This document shows, one piece after another, positions 63,701 through 64,000 of a stretch of 64,000 nt of DNA. Source of the stretch: Stylophora pistillata (lineage: Eukaryota); the NCBI RefSeq assembly GCF_002571385.2, contig NW_019217883.1, positions 506,528-570,527 of the forward strand, in the 5' to 3' direction. The translations under genes were made by a program, and so were the position numbers. Position 1 is the stretch's first letter. Each line of letters opens with the position of its first letter. The notes below the pieces were generated by a model. It had not been told where the DNA came from, did no database searches, and saw only the letters and a list, made by a program, of their open reading frames with translations.

Positions 63701-63921
63701 TTTTAAGAGAGGAAAGTTTGTAGAGGAGGGAGTTAAAAAGAGAGGGGGCTTAATCAAAAGGGGCCTTCTGGTATAGTATTAGATAGTAAGAAAGGTGTAT
63801 CAGAAAGGAGAAATTATTAGGGAGGGTAGTAAAGAGAGGATGTTTCTTGGCTGAGGGGGCTAAATCTTACCTTATTTCCTTCCATAGCAGACATTCCTTT
63901 CAGCAATGATTTCAGACGTTT
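57754..63921 (-). CDS. CCDC93: CCDC93 (CCC/Commander complex), 3' part; exons 63921-63871, 63240-63154, 62657-62535, 62408-62346, 61972-61899, 61786-61705, 60764-60690, 60608-60537, 60280-60172, 59465-59383, 59136-59099, 58874-58790, 58538-58425, 57810-57754; continues beyond the window
   Basis: [58 protein letters not shown] and [24 protein letters not shown] match CCDC93 as recalled. Splice phases are consistent. Confidence 0.92.
61419..61577. mobile_element. MITE with TIR ggcggatccagg / cctggatccgcc
   Basis: 12-bp terminal inverted repeats in a CCDC93 intron. Confidence 0.65.
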
Positions 63922-64000
63922 CTACAATGAAGAATGGTAGCAAATGCAACAATTAGTGAGATGGTACGATTGCTGAAGAGCCTAAAAATTAAACACAAGT

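Overview
Eukaryotic, intron-rich genomic DNA from an anthozoan cnidarian. The minicollagen gene is diagnostic of Cnidaria, and the repeat families suggest a stony coral, probably a pocilloporid (inference). It is a draft assembly with N gaps at 7910-7921, 9856-9865, 11763-12632 and 43785. Genes in order: 3' end of a carbonyl reductase-like SDR (+); three copies of a small 4-exon VOPP1/WBP1/Shisa-like membrane gene (-); a full-length but dead piggyBac transposon; 18-exon SMARCD/BAF60 (+); a nematocyst minicollagen (+); two intronless type-B carboxylesterases (divergent); a C2orf69 homologue (-); a second 9-exon carbonyl reductase-like gene (-); an intronless NHL-repeat gene (+); and the 3' part of CCDC93 (-). 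The most interesting signals are: (i) a 245-bp tRNA-Thr-like tandem repeat that inserts with target-site duplications and an inverted end, the same architecture as a Penelope-like fragment in this window; (ii) a piggyBac seen as both filled and empty TTAA site, with its transposase broken only by five in-frame TGA codons; (iii) apparent copy-number or haplotype variation of the VOPP1-like gene, including a nonsense change that also improves an in-frame cryptic splice donor; (iv) an 18-bp templated insertion copied from a flanking minisatellite into a LINE. Exon boundaries were read by eye and family names come from recalled motifs, not database searches.
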